From the sequence record SRR31156797_3941: DNA of 57,362 bases; one strand, written 5' to 3'. Under the pieces are notes generated by a model. The model was given only the letters and a program-made list of their open reading frames with translations. It was not told the DNA's origin and did not search any database. The position numbers and the translations under genes are program-made. Position 1 is the first letter of the stretch. Each line of letters begins with the position of its first letter. This document shows positions 10,411 to 20,574 of the stretch, in pieces.

Positions 10411-10746
10411 ATGGTATCCCTACAATGGAACAAAGAGTTTGCTCTGGAACAGACAGCCGATGATCAAGAACTTTTAGATGAATTGCTTATTCTTTTTAAA
10501 GATTCCTCGGCTGGAGATTTTCAACAGTTACAAGAAGCCGTCGCTGCGAACAACGCTGAAGGCATACTCACATCTGCTCACAGCATAAAAGGGGCTGCGG
10601 CAAGCCTGGGCATTGAAGGCATTCGTATAGTGGCAATGGAGATCGAGGAATATGCCCGCGAGTCACAAGCTTCTGGCTCAATCGAGGGAAAAGTGGCTGA
10701 ACTTGACGAATTATTTGAGCAATTCAATTTACTTTTGCAAGACTGA
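10411..10746 (+). CDS. Stand-alone histidine phosphotransfer (Hpt) protein
   Basis: Hpt motif AHSIKGAAASLG; RBS AGGAGA. Confidence 0.9.
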   Translation: MVSLQWNKEFALEQTADDQELLDELLILFKDSSAGDFQQLQEAVAANNAEGILTSAHSIKGAAASLGIEGIRIVAMEIEEYARESQASGSIEGKVAELDELFEQFNLLLQD

Positions 10747-10766
10747 CAGCAAAGGAAAATGATGGT

Positions 10767-10811
10767 ACTCCGAAGAGCAGCGAGAACGATGTCTCAAGGC
10801 ACTTCGGAGTA
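10767..10811. terminator. Hairpin between the convergent Hpt and rhodanese genes
   Basis: TACTCCGAAG...CTTCGGAGTA 10-bp inverted repeat with an inner GAGA/TCTC stem. Confidence 0.55.
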
Positions 10812-10832
10812 GTCAGGTCGGGAATAAAGAAT

Positions 10833-12155
10833 TTACGGTCTTATAATCTCGCAATCACACTCAGCATCAGCAATATTGAGCAGCAAAAATTTTGCCTTAT
10901 AACCATTTTTCAACAACTCTTTATAGGCCATATCAGCCCTAGCTCCACTTGCGCAATGGACGTAAATTTTCTTGTCCTTGGGCAGTTCGCTCATACGAGC
11001 TGGGATCTCATCGAGCGGGATATTAACCGTATTCTTAAATATCCCCAATTCTGCCACTTCAGCCTTTGTACGGGCATCGACGATAATCGCCCCCTTATCT
11101 TCACCTGAGGCTGCTTTTCTAAAATCTGCTAAGGAAACTTCACCTTTACCAAGCTTACGCACCCAACGTATTTCAGTATTGAAAATCGGGCCTTTTTCAA
11201 TTGCTTCGCCGGAAGCTATCCAACCAGCGAACCCACCCTGCACAAGAGAAACAAATTTAAACCCATCGTCGCGCATGTCTTCCACGGCATCAAGGGTTTC
11301 CTGGTCACCGTAGAGAATAACAGGTGCGTTACGGGGGATATCATCGAGTCGGTCATCAAGTTGATCATACGGAATGGAGTAAGCGCCCTTAATACGACCC
11401 TTGACAGCCTCATTACTGGCACGAACATCCACAAGCACAACATTGCCGTTTTTGATAAAATCATGAGTGGCATAAGTCGGCAGAAATGCCTTGGCCCATG
11501 CAGGCTCGCCATCAAGGTAAACACGAACGTTTTTATAACCTAATTTCTTCGCCAGACCGGCGGAGGTTGTTGACATGCCTCATGTGGGGCCTCCGCAGTA
11601 GAAAACCAACAACTCGTTTTTGTCAGCCGGGAGCAAAGCTGCCTGTTTTTCTTTAAGGAGGGGGACAGGAACGGAAACCGCACCTGGAAGATGTGATTGA
11701 CCGTATCGACTTGCTGGTCTGGAGTCGACCAAATACATCTTATGATTATCGGCGACTAAAGCGCTTAACTCTTCGGTCTTGATTTCAGTGACGCCCTGAG
11801 GCAGTTTAGCTAATTTCTGCTTAACGACTTTTGCATAGGTGTCATTTCCGCGTTTTTCAAAGGTAATGATCGCAGCATGACCTTTTACAGCATGTTCAAC
11901 GCCCTGGGTTTGGTCATCAAACTTGACCATCATAATTTTGGCTTGTTTTCCTTTGCCAACTTCAATCGAGATGGTTTTGGCTAAATTTGATTTTCCGACT
12001 ATTTTTCCTTTGTAAACATTTTTTTGCACCTGCTGCTTGGTCTGTCCGGTTTTGGGAGTCATATCTTGCTTGACGTCCTCTTTCTGCGCACAGCCAAAAC
12101 TCAGCAGGCAGATCATCAACAATCCAGGTAAAAATTTGACACAGCTTTTATGCAC
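10833..12155 (-). CDS. Selenocysteine-containing multi-rhodanese (sulfurtransferase) lipoprotein, about 440 aa, Sec encoded by TGA at 11580-11582
   Basis: ORFs 11580-12206 and 10833-11576 are in frame and separated only by TGA-GGC, giving FYCGGPT-U-GMSTTSAGLAKKLGY. GTG start at 12155 follows AGGAGG. Lipobox LSFGC, three rhodanese domains and a SECIS-like hairpin after the TGA. Confidence 0.88.
11547..11565 (-). promoter_or_regulatory. Bacterial SECIS element
   Basis: Minus strand CTCCGCC-GGTCT-GGCGAAG. The CGCC/GGCG stem starts 18 nt after the UGA and carries a GGUCU apical loop like the E. coli fdhF SECIS. Confidence 0.8.
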
Positions 12156-12455
12156 GTTCAACCTCCTTTGTATGGGATTACAGGGGAAATGGTCCTCATG
12201 CTTCAAGGCTGCAGATTTGGTCCCCCAAATCTGTGTAAATCAAAAAACTCAACCATTTCCTCCTTCCTTCTTTCACACTATTAATATTAGCATTTATGTT
12301 TGTCTTTATTCAAGCACTGTGTAGCCTAATAAAAGGGATAATATTGATAACCACTATCAAACTAATAGATGGACCTAAGCAGTGACCTCTAGAGGAAACC
12401 AGTACGTAGGAACTATCACTCAGATGAAAGTACCTGTCTTAAAGGAATAAAGAAA

Positions 12456-15400
12456 TCACTCCACTGTACGGCAGTTATTTTCAACCTCCTGCCAATGGGC
12501 CAACAAACGTTTTTCAGATACAGGCATAATGGTTCCTAATTCAGGAGCAAAAACGGAAACCCGAAACTCTTCAACAAGCTCTTTGTAAGCTGCCAGGCAC
12601 TGTAGGCATGCAGCGGATGGGGAGGAAAACTCCTTAAACTGATTTAGACGGCCAAGAGATTTCAGTAACTTTTCTGCTTTTTTACGATCTTTTTCAGGTG
12701 AATGTTCCGCCCGTTCTATCCGCACAATGAGAGCCTGCAAATATCTGTTAGTATGGAGTGACAGCTGAAAATTGTTCTGAAACAAAAAGTTATGGGGTAA
12801 TATTTGTTCAAGAGTCTGCAAATACTGATCGTATTGCTCGTGGTCAAAGCTTTTACTCTTCCTGGCTCGTTGCGACCATTCGGTTATCTTTTGCTTTGCC
12901 TGTTTCCGCTTTTGCAGACTTTCTAAAAACAATTTAGTAATCGGGGCGGCTGTTCTAAGTAGACCCTGTTTTCGAATTTTATCTACATTTTCCGAAAAAT
13001 GTGCAGTAGTGGGAATTTCTCCTTCTGATATATTAAAAAGGCTGCTCATAACATGGGAAAAAAGTTGTTCTTTTAGTATAGCGGCTGACACTTTACCGCC
13101 TAAGGACAGCCAGCTGGCTGAATTATTTGAAACTAATGCCTTGCACTCCTTTTTCAGCTGCTTAATTTCCTGTGGAAATTGCTGACAATATAATACTTCT
13201 AAGCCTGCTCGATTGTTTACCCGATTATCTGCATTTTCCTTTCCATACTTGAGGTGAACCTGGTCCTTGGTGGGATTTATTTCCATGCATGGAGAATAGA
13301 CCTGTACGACGCCGGCAGCCCCTTCCTTAACACTTATTTTGGGCAGTATGGTATCTAGATCACGACTTGTGATGTTGCTTATCTCTGGCAGAGTTGCTGC
13401 TGCTTGGTTTACCAAAGGGGCAGCATCTGTTTTCAGGTAGTGATGGACGTCTTTAAAAGACCTAGAATTGAGGCAGATCTTTCCTTGTTCGTCAATGAAA
13501 CTGAACCTCATCTTCAAGAAAGGCGGCAAGACATCGGGTTGCCAATCAGTCCTCTCAACCTTAACCCGATATGACTTGAGCAATATTTTTTCTATATTTT
13601 GATAAAGGGATCCTTTGTATAATTCAAGCGAATCCATAACCCGGTCAACTGCATCTGGTAGAGGAACTAAAGTTTTACGAAGTCGCTTGGGTAAACGCTT
13701 CAGTAAAAAAAGAAGTTTTTCGGGAAGCAGGCCGGGGACTAACCATTCAAAAAGGGCAGGATTAATGTAATCTACTATCTGGCAGGGGATAGACACGGTC
13801 ACACCGTCTTGCTCGTCTCCTGGTATAAAAGAATATTGCAGCGCAAACTTAAATTCTCCAGCCTGCAGTGTTGGGGGGTATTTATACAGTTCATCCTGAA
13901 CAGGGGCGTCCACTACAATGTCATCACTTGTCATCCGCAGAAAAGCATCATTTTTCTTACGGCGTAGCATCCTGTTTAAGGTAAACCTATCATAGACATT
14001 GCCAAGCTGGCGGTCATAGAAATGAAAAAGATGCTCCTCGTCTGCAACAACATTACGGCGCCTAATTCGTTCTTCAATTTCCCGATATTGAGAGATCAGC
14101 TGTTGATTAGCTTCCAAAAAAGGGTACCCTCTGCCCAATCGATTGGAAATAAGCGCTTCTCTGATAAAAATATCTTTTGCCTCCTGCCTGGTCACGCTAT
14201 TGATCCGGCCGTAGTTAACCTTGCGTCCACTTATAACCGGAAGACCAAACAGGGTAACATGCTCATTGGCAACCACTCTGCCGCTTTTTTTCTCCCAGCG
14301 TGGATTGGTCCATGAGCGTTTGCATAGTTCTCCCCCCAGTTCCTCGAGCCATTCTACTTTGATATTTGCAGATGTCCGTGCAAAAAGCTGGGTTGTTTCT
14401 ATAAAATGTGCGGCAACAATGTATTCACCACCACTTTTGTACAATGTAGAACCGGGAAACAAATATATTTCTTTGTTTCCACTGGAGAGGTATATTTTTT
14501 TTTCTTTTTTCCTGCATATATTTCGCAAAAAACCACTGGTCAATGCCATGTGAATGGCTTCATAACTTGCTGGCTCATCAATTTTCCTGAAACTGGTTCT
14601 CTGCTTTAAAAGCCTGGAGATTTGCTCAAAAACATCTATCCATTCCCGCATACGCTGCCAGGAAAGATAGTTTGATTTGCAAAATTTTGACAATTTGGAC
14701 CAACTTATCTTGGTTTCCTGTTCAAACAACTCGTTCCAGATATTGAGCAGGGTGAGGAAATCAGAACGTTTGTCAGTGAACTGTCGATGCGCTTCATCAG
14801 CTTTTTGCTCTTTTTCAAGAGGGCGAATTCTCGGGTCTTGAACAGAGAGTGCGGCTGCGATGATAGTGGTTTCTTTGAGTGCATCTCTTTTTCCGCCTTC
14901 AATAATAATTTTTGAGATACAAGGATCCAAAGGTAAAGTAGCCATCAGTCTGCCATTTTTGGTCAGAGAATGTTCCTTCGTTAATGCTCCGAGTTCAATC
15001 AACGTCTGAAATCCCTTTCGAATGGCTCTGGGGAGCGGTGCGTCTACGAAAGGGAAATGTTCTGGTTTGCCAATCTTCAGATTAACCATCTGCAAAATGA
15101 CCTCAGCCAGATTAGAGCGCTGAATTTCGGGCAAGGTGAACATGTCACGGTTCTGATAATCTTGTTCAGTGTAAAGCCTGATACAGGTACCAGGACCTGT
15201 CCTTCCGCATCGTCCTTGCCGTTGATTGCAACTTGCCTGTGAAATTTTTGATATCCGAAGGCTCGTTGTTCCGGTTCGGACATTGTACCTGGAGATTCGT
15301 GCCAAGCCGGTATCCACTACAAAACGGATACCAGGGACAGTGATTGAAGTTTCAGCGACATTGGTGGCAATAATAATTTTTCGTTTGGAAGACGCTTTAA

Positions 15401-16199
15401 ATATTTTCCGCTGATCTGCAGCCTGCAATCGACCAAAGAGCGGGAGAATAAGGTTACTTTCCCGTATGTATTCATCCAGTCCGTCAATGGTGTCCAAAAT
15501 ATCTCTTTCAGTCGGCATAAAAACAAGGATATCACCACCAAAAGGATCGGTTGCCAAATCATGGATGACCCGGAGAGCTTGCTCAACATACGTACCTTCC
15601 TGCAAGCTGTCATCGGTTTCATCCTCCTGATACACTGTTGTGATGGGAAATAACCTCCCTGAAACAGAAATGACAGGGGCATTAGAAAAATGTTGACTGA
15701 ATTTTTCAGTATCAATGGTTGCCGAAGATATAATAATCTTGAGATCAGGACGTTTTGGAAGCAGCTGTTTGATATAACCAAGCAAGAAATCAATATTTAG
15801 GCTTCGCTCATGTGCCTCATCAATAATCAAGGTATCATATTGTTTCAGCAGCCTATCATTTCTGGTCTCCGCAAGTAAGACTCCATCGGTCATGAACTTG
15901 ACAATGGTGTTTTCTGTAACGCGATCCTGAAACCGAATCTTATGTCCAACCTCACCATTTGACTGCGTTTCCTCCGCTACCCTTTCTGCCACCGAAACAG
16001 CGGCAATACGTCTTGGCTGGGTACAACCTATTCGCCCCTTGGTTCCACAACCGGCTTCAATACATATTTTAGGCAGTTGTGTCGTCTTGCCTGAACCTGT
16101 ATCACCAGCAATAACGATGACCTGATTATTTTCAAGGGCTGAACGGATTTCTTCTCTGTGTTCAGATATGGGCAGGGTAGGGGGATATGTAATATGCAT
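12456..16199 (-). CDS. hrpA: ATP-dependent RNA helicase HrpA
   Basis: GDTGSGKTTQLPK, TQPRRIAA, DEAH, SAT, TNVAETSITVPG and QRQGRCGR; long C-terminus ending EEFRVSVFAPELGT. Confidence 0.96.
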   Translation of the reverse strand: MHITYPPTLPISEHREEIRSALENNQVIVIAGDTGSGKTTQLPKICIEAGCGTKGRIGCTQPRRIAAVSVAERVAEETQSNGEVGHKIRFQDRVTENTIVKFMTDGVLLAETRNDRLLKQYDTLIIDEAHERSLNIDFLLGYIKQLLPKRPDLKIIISSATIDTEKFSQHFSNAPVISVSGRLFPITTVYQEDETDDSLQEGTYVEQALRVIHDLATDPFGGDILVFMPTERDILDTIDGLDEYIRESNLILPLFGRLQAADQRKIFKASSKRKIIIATNVAETSITVPGIRFVVDTGLARISRYNVRTGTTSLRISKISQASCNQRQGRCGRTGPGTCIRLYTEQDYQNRDMFTLPEIQRSNLAEVILQMVNLKIGKPEHFPFVDAPLPRAIRKGFQTLIELGALTKEHSLTKNGRLMATLPLDPCISKIIIEGGKRDALKETTIIAAALSVQDPRIRPLEKEQKADEAHRQFTDKRSDFLTLLNIWNELFEQETKISWSKLSKFCKSNYLSWQRMREWIDVFEQISRLLKQRTSFRKIDEPASYEAIHMALTSGFLRNICRKKEKKIYLSSGNKEIYLFPGSTLYKSGGEYIVAAHFIETTQLFARTSANIKVEWLEELGGELCKRSWTNPRWEKKSGRVVANEHVTLFGLPVISGRKVNYGRINSVTRQEAKDIFIREALISNRLGRGYPFLEANQQLISQYREIEERIRRRNVVADEEHLFHFYDRQLGNVYDRFTLNRMLRRKKNDAFLRMTSDDIVVDAPVQDELYKYPPTLQAGEFKFALQYSFIPGDEQDGVTVSIPCQIVDYINPALFEWLVPGLLPEKLLFLLKRLPKRLRKTLVPLPDAVDRVMDSLELYKGSLYQNIEKILLKSYRVKVERTDWQPDVLPPFLKMRFSFIDEQGKICLNSRSFKDVHHYLKTDAAPLVNQAAATLPEISNITSRDLDTILPKISVKEGAAGVVQVYSPCMEINPTKDQVHLKYGKENADNRVNNRAGLEVLYCQQFPQEIKQLKKECKALVSNNSASWLSLGGKVSAAILKEQLFSHVMSSLFNISEGEIPTTAHFSENVDKIRKQGLLRTAAPITKLFLESLQKRKQAKQKITEWSQRARKSKSFDHEQYDQYLQTLEQILPHNFLFQNNFQLSLHTNRYLQALIVRIERAEHSPEKDRKKAEKLLKSLGRLNQFKEFSSPSAACLQCLAAYKELVEEFRVSVFAPELGTIMPVSEKRLLAHWQEVENNCRTVE

Positions 16200-16322
16200 A
16201 AAAAAAATGGATTAGTACTTGAGTGGTAAAGAGGAATGCGAGTATAGTTTATTGATGTGTGTTTTGAAACTGCTCTTTGTAAGGCAATTAACAATTTCCA
16301 CTATACATTTATTGAGGCGATA

Positions 16323-17204
16323 ATGCAGGCAATAAGAAAAGCCGTTATTCCGGTTGCTGGACTTGGTACCAGATTTTTACCCGCTACAAAAGCCATTCCC
16401 AAGGAAATGCTGACCATCGTAGACAGACCAACCATCCAATACATTGTTGAAGAAGTCGTTGCGTCAGGCATTGAAGAGGTTATCCTCATTACCAGTGAAG
16501 GCAAGTCAGCCATTGAGAATCATTTTGATTATGACTTTCAGCTTGATACCGTGCTCAAAGAAAAAAACAAGGTTCAGCTCGGAGAAGAACTGACTAACAT
16601 TTCCAACCTGATTGATATCGTATCCGTTCGTCAAAAGAAGCCGCTTGGCCTTGGCCATGCCATATGGATGGCACGCAACGTTATAGGGAATGAACCGTTT
16701 ATGGTTCTTTTAGGCGATGACCTTGTTATGAGCGATGTACCTTGCTGCAAGCAAATGATTGATTTATACCAGGAAGTCGGCGAATCCATTGTTGCGGTCC
16801 AGCGAGTGCCCATGGATGAGACTTACCAATACGGAATTGTCGAAGGAGAGGCAATCGACAAGGAGCGAACCTTTAAAGTGAACCGAATGGTTGAAAAACC
16901 TGCACCCGGCACCTCTAACTCTGACATGGCTATTATTGGTCGTTACCTTTTAATGCCTGAAGTTTTTGACCTATTGGGGAAAACCACTCCAGGTCATGGC
17001 GGGGAAATTCAATTGACGGATGCTCTCCTTGCTTTATCGAACCAAAGGGGTATGTATGCCTATGAATTTGAAGGTAATCGCTACGATGCTGGCGACAAGC
17101 TAGGCTACCTCAAGGCCATTGTCGATTTTTCCCTGCAGCACAGCACGTTGGGCAAGCCGTTTAGGAAACACCTTGAAAGCATCTGTAATGGATGTGCTAT
17201 ATGA
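16323..17204 (+). CDS. galU: UTP--glucose-1-phosphate uridylyltransferase
   Basis: KAVIPVAGLGTRFLPATKAIPKEML, LGLGHA and GEIQLTDA; ATG at 16323 follows GAGG. Confidence 0.96.
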   Translation: MQAIRKAVIPVAGLGTRFLPATKAIPKEMLTIVDRPTIQYIVEEVVASGIEEVILITSEGKSAIENHFDYDFQLDTVLKEKNKVQLGEELTNISNLIDIVSVRQKKPLGLGHAIWMARNVIGNEPFMVLLGDDLVMSDVPCCKQMIDLYQEVGESIVAVQRVPMDETYQYGIVEGEAIDKERTFKVNRMVEKPAPGTSNSDMAIIGRYLLMPEVFDLLGKTTPGHGGEIQLTDALLALSNQRGMYAYEFEGNRYDAGDKLGYLKAIVDFSLQHSTLGKPFRKHLESICNGCAI

Positions 17205-17217
17205 GTGTCTCTCATTA

Positions 17218-19737
17218 ATGACCCTTTATGAAGTGGCCGTTGCAGCCCCTGTCGACCAGACACTGACCTACGGCCATCCTGCCGATCGGAAAGACGAAAT
17301 TCCGGTCGGCAGTTGTGTGTTGGTTCCGCTTGGCAGAAGGCGGGTGACCGGTTATGTCCTGGACGCATTCCCACTAACAAAGGCCACGCAACCAGAGTTC
17401 AAGCTGAAGTCTATTCTAGATGTTTTCGCCCCTACTCCTTTTTTCCCTGCCTTCCTTATCCCGCTGTATCGTTGGATTTCTTCCTACTACCACCATCCTT
17501 TGGGCGAAGTCATAAAAACAGCCCTTCCCTTGGCCCCATCGGCTAAAAGCGGCTACAGGATCAAAGTAATCGATATAAAAACTTTGAAATTTCATGAGGG
17601 TTTACCTGAAAGTTCCCGATTTTGTGATTATAATTGGTTTCATACACTGCTGCAAAACCAAGACCTCCCCCCCGCCCAGGTTGCAAAAATCCGTCAGGAC
17701 AAGGTTCAAAAAAAATATTTGCAAACATTAATCAAAGACGGCTCCGTCGAGTTGGTACCTGAGCTAATTGCTTCCCAAGTAAAGGCAAAAGAAGAAACCG
17801 TATACAGCTTGGCACCCACTTTTTTCGAAAACACGGGATTTGCTGCAACTGTTGATCTTTCAACTCTGCAACCCGAAAATGATCTGCACTTAACAAAAAT
17901 ACTCAAACTTTCCGAGAGAAAAACCCTTGCTCTGTTTCTCAAAAATCAACTTGAAAGCGGAACAAAACGGGTTGCCAGAAAAGTGCTCCTAGCCCTGTAC
18001 CCAAACTGTGGCAAGGCATTGTCCACGCTTTGTGATGAAGGAATTCTTAGCAAACACAATCAGAGAGTGTATAGAGATCCGTTTGGCAACACGATTACAA
18101 GCACTCCGCAATTGTTGACTCTAACCGATGAACAACAGAACGTTTTAGGGGAAATTGAACCAAGCATAGCAGCAAGGGAGTTCAAGGCCTTTTTACTTTT
18201 TGGTGTTACTGGATGCGGGAAGACAGAGGTATACTTGCGGGCGGCCGAAACAGCACTGCTGCAAGGTAAAACAGCGCTTGTCTTGGTACCAGAAATAGCC
18301 CTTGCCTCACAATTGGAAGCCCAGTTCTACACACGCTTCGGTGATAAGCTTGCCCTGTTTCACAGCGGCCTTTCCCAAGGAGAAAGACTGGACCAATGGC
18401 AACGGGTGAGAGACGGCTCTGCAAAGGTGGTCCTTGGTGCTCGTTCAGCCGTATTTGCTCCTATGGGACAGCTCGGAGTTGTTATTGTGGATGAAGAGCA
18501 CGAGCCAGCCTATAAACAGGAAGAGGGGCCCAGGTATCACGGAAGAGATGTTGCTGTGATGCGCGCTAAATTCACCTCCTGTCCGATTATACTAGGCTCA
18601 GCAACGCCCTCTGTAACAAGTTATCATAACACAATAAAAGGAAAATACAGCTTATTGACCATTGCAAAGCGGGTGCAGGAAAAACCGCTGCCGAAAGTTG
18701 ACGTGGTCGATCTTTCAACAAAAAAACGTGCGCGGCGCGACCTTTTTTTTTCAGATACACTGATCCGTGAAATCGGAAACACGTTGGATAACAACCAGCA
18801 GTCGCTGCTGTTCGTCAATCGTCGCGGTTTTTCCTCCACTATGCTCTGTCGAGATTGCGGCCATGTACTTCAGTGTCGCCATTGCCAGGTCTCACTCACA
18901 TACCATAGAAGCAAAGGGCGATTGCTCTGTCATTACTGTGGGTTTACCATGTCTTCGAAAATTATTTGCCCTAGCTGTCGTTCTCAAAATATTACAGGTG
19001 TTGGCATTGGGGCCGAGCGCATTGAAGAGGAAGCAAAACAGCTTTTTCCTGCCGCAAGAGTAGCTAGGTTAGATAGCGATGTGGCTGCCAAACGGAAAAA
19101 ATATCTTTCTATTCTCCATTCAGTTAAGAATAGGGAAATCGACATCCTGGTCGGTACCCAGATGATAGCCAAGGGATTGCATTTTCCGAGTATTACCCTT
19201 GTTGGCGTCATTTGGGCAGATGCCGGCTTTGCAATTCCTGATTACAAGGCCGGTGAGCGAACATTTTCTCTGCTTTCCCAGGTAACAGGTAGAGCGGGCA
19301 GGGGCGATCAACCAGGAAAGGTTATTATACAAACAAATCAACCTCATCATTATGCGATAAGATTTGCTCAGGATCATGATTATAACGCACTGTATGAACA
19401 GGAAATTGAAACGCGTTCGCCCATGGGATTCCCGCCTTTTTCAAGGCTGATCAATATAAAATTTAATGGTGTTGAGGAAGCAAAAGTTGAACAGGCGGCT
19501 CGCAAGACCTCTGCCTTCATAAATGACGATTGCAAACAGCATCAGATCGCTATTTTAGGACCGTCACCGTCGCCGGTGGGGAAAATAAAGGATAAATTCA
19601 GGTGGCAGCTGCTGCTGAAAAGTGTTTCTGCAACGGCTTTACACAATGTCTGTTCGCGTCTATTAAGTGAGAGGCGTGCTCTCTGCCCACAGAATGTAAG
19701 AATGGTGGTAGATGTTGATCCTGAAAACATGATGTAG
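17218..19737 (+). CDS. priA: Primosomal protein N' (replication restart helicase PriA)
   Basis: GVTGCGKTEVY, DEEHE, four CxxC zinc motifs, QVTGRAGR and C-terminal DVDP; start placed at MTLYEVAV. Confidence 0.96.
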   Translation: MTLYEVAVAAPVDQTLTYGHPADRKDEIPVGSCVLVPLGRRRVTGYVLDAFPLTKATQPEFKLKSILDVFAPTPFFPAFLIPLYRWISSYYHHPLGEVIKTALPLAPSAKSGYRIKVIDIKTLKFHEGLPESSRFCDYNWFHTLLQNQDLPPAQVAKIRQDKVQKKYLQTLIKDGSVELVPELIASQVKAKEETVYSLAPTFFENTGFAATVDLSTLQPENDLHLTKILKLSERKTLALFLKNQLESGTKRVARKVLLALYPNCGKALSTLCDEGILSKHNQRVYRDPFGNTITSTPQLLTLTDEQQNVLGEIEPSIAAREFKAFLLFGVTGCGKTEVYLRAAETALLQGKTALVLVPEIALASQLEAQFYTRFGDKLALFHSGLSQGERLDQWQRVRDGSAKVVLGARSAVFAPMGQLGVVIVDEEHEPAYKQEEGPRYHGRDVAVMRAKFTSCPIILGSATPSVTSYHNTIKGKYSLLTIAKRVQEKPLPKVDVVDLSTKKRARRDLFFSDTLIREIGNTLDNNQQSLLFVNRRGFSSTMLCRDCGHVLQCRHCQVSLTYHRSKGRLLCHYCGFTMSSKIICPSCRSQNITGVGIGAERIEEEAKQLFPAARVARLDSDVAAKRKKYLSILHSVKNREIDILVGTQMIAKGLHFPSITLVGVIWADAGFAIPDYKAGERTFSLLSQVTGRAGRGDQPGKVIIQTNQPHHYAIRFAQDHDYNALYEQEIETRSPMGFPPFSRLINIKFNGVEEAKVEQAARKTSAFINDDCKQHQIAILGPSPSPVGKIKDKFRWQLLLKSVSATALHNVCSRLLSERRALCPQNVRMVVDVDPENMM

Positions 19738-19755
19738 ACAATTCTCTACAGGGCA

Positions 19756-19806
19756 CAAAAAAAACTCCCCCAGCAGGAAAAAAGGAGGGAAACCTGCCAG
19801 GGGAGA
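19756..19806 (-). terminator. Rho-independent terminator of the zraP-like gene
   Basis: Minus strand CTCCCCCTGGCAGG-loop-CCTGCTGGGGGAG followed by T9. Confidence 0.8.
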
Positions 19807-19828
19807 GGGGAAGAAATGAAATATCAGG

Positions 19829-20248
19829 TTATCTGTTTATAGATTTCATACCTCTGCAGCCAGTGTTTGACATACAGTCATTACTACCCATAAAGGCACC
19901 ACGTGTGGAAAATCCGTATTCATTTGCCTTAAGGCGAAGTTGTTCACGGAGGTCAAACAGTTCTCCTGCAACCTTTGCAGCTTGGTTTGCATCAGGTTTT
20001 TCAGCTCCCATTATAGCACGCATGGCAGCCCTTTTTTCCATCATTTGTTTGCGGAGTTCTACAGTTTCTTGTAAAAATTTCTCTTGAGCCTTCTGGGTTA
20101 CACTATCCAATTGTTGCGTCTGGCAAGGTGCTTTGCTTTTACTATGCCAATTGGGACCAGCTATTGCAGCCTGGCTAATAACTAGCGAGATACCACTGGT
20201 AAGGATGGCCGCAAGTATTATGTTCTTTTTATTCATTTTTTTTATCAT
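19829..20248 (-). CDS. Periplasmic ZraP/Spy/CpxP-like zinc-resistance or envelope-stress protein
   Basis: Signal peptide (SQAAIA), helical core ETVELRKQMMEKRAAMRAIMGAEKPD...VAGELFDLREQL and a Gly/Met-rich tail; divergent from a ZraS-like kinase. Confidence 0.8.
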   Translation of the reverse strand: MIKKMNKKNIILAAILTSGISLVISQAAIAGPNWHSKSKAPCQTQQLDSVTQKAQEKFLQETVELRKQMMEKRAAMRAIMGAEKPDANQAAKVAGELFDLREQLRLKANEYGFSTRGAFMGSNDCMSNTGCRGMKSINR

Positions 20249-20300
20249 TTAGATTCTCCCAAATTTTGAGTTTGTGTTTTCGCCTGTTGCACCCTTTATA

Positions 20301-20316
20301 AGCTAAGACCGTGCCA
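20301..20316 (-). promoter_or_regulatory. Sigma-54 (-24/-12) promoter of the zraP-like gene
   Basis: Minus strand TGGCAC-GGTCT-TAGCT versus consensus TGGCAC-N5-TTGCW, with correct GG-N10-GC spacing. Confidence 0.8.
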
Positions 20317-20412
20317 GTTTTACGGGTACAGTCGTAACTTTCCGAAATATAAGTATTTTTAATAAAAATGTGCAAGCGTGAATGATTCTGCCAATACTTT
20401 TCTCCATGCTAT

Positions 20413-20462
20413 TGTTCACTTTTTACCCACCCTGTTTAAACAAAGTGAGTAAAAAATACCCA
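20413..20462. promoter_or_regulatory. Paired inverted enhancer sites for a ZraR-like sigma-54 activator
   Basis: GTGGGTAAAAAGTGAACA (minus, 20413-20430) and GTGAGTAAAAAATACCCA (plus, 20445-20462) are 13/18 identical and lie about 100-145 bp upstream of the sigma-54 promoter. Confidence 0.6.
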
Positions 20463-20574
20463 GAATGTCTGTCTCGCCAACCAGGCTCTACTTAATATAA
20501 CTTGTCAACAGCCGAAAGGCAGTGGAACGCTATCCACATGCTTATGATGGCAGCATTATTGCAATACTGAACTT

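Noticed and set aside
11580-12206. Treating 11580-12206 and 10833-11576 as two genes or as a nonsense pseudogene
   Set aside because: The TGA falls at a Cys-equivalent position in the active-site loop, is followed by a SECIS-like hairpin, and the frame is otherwise intact.
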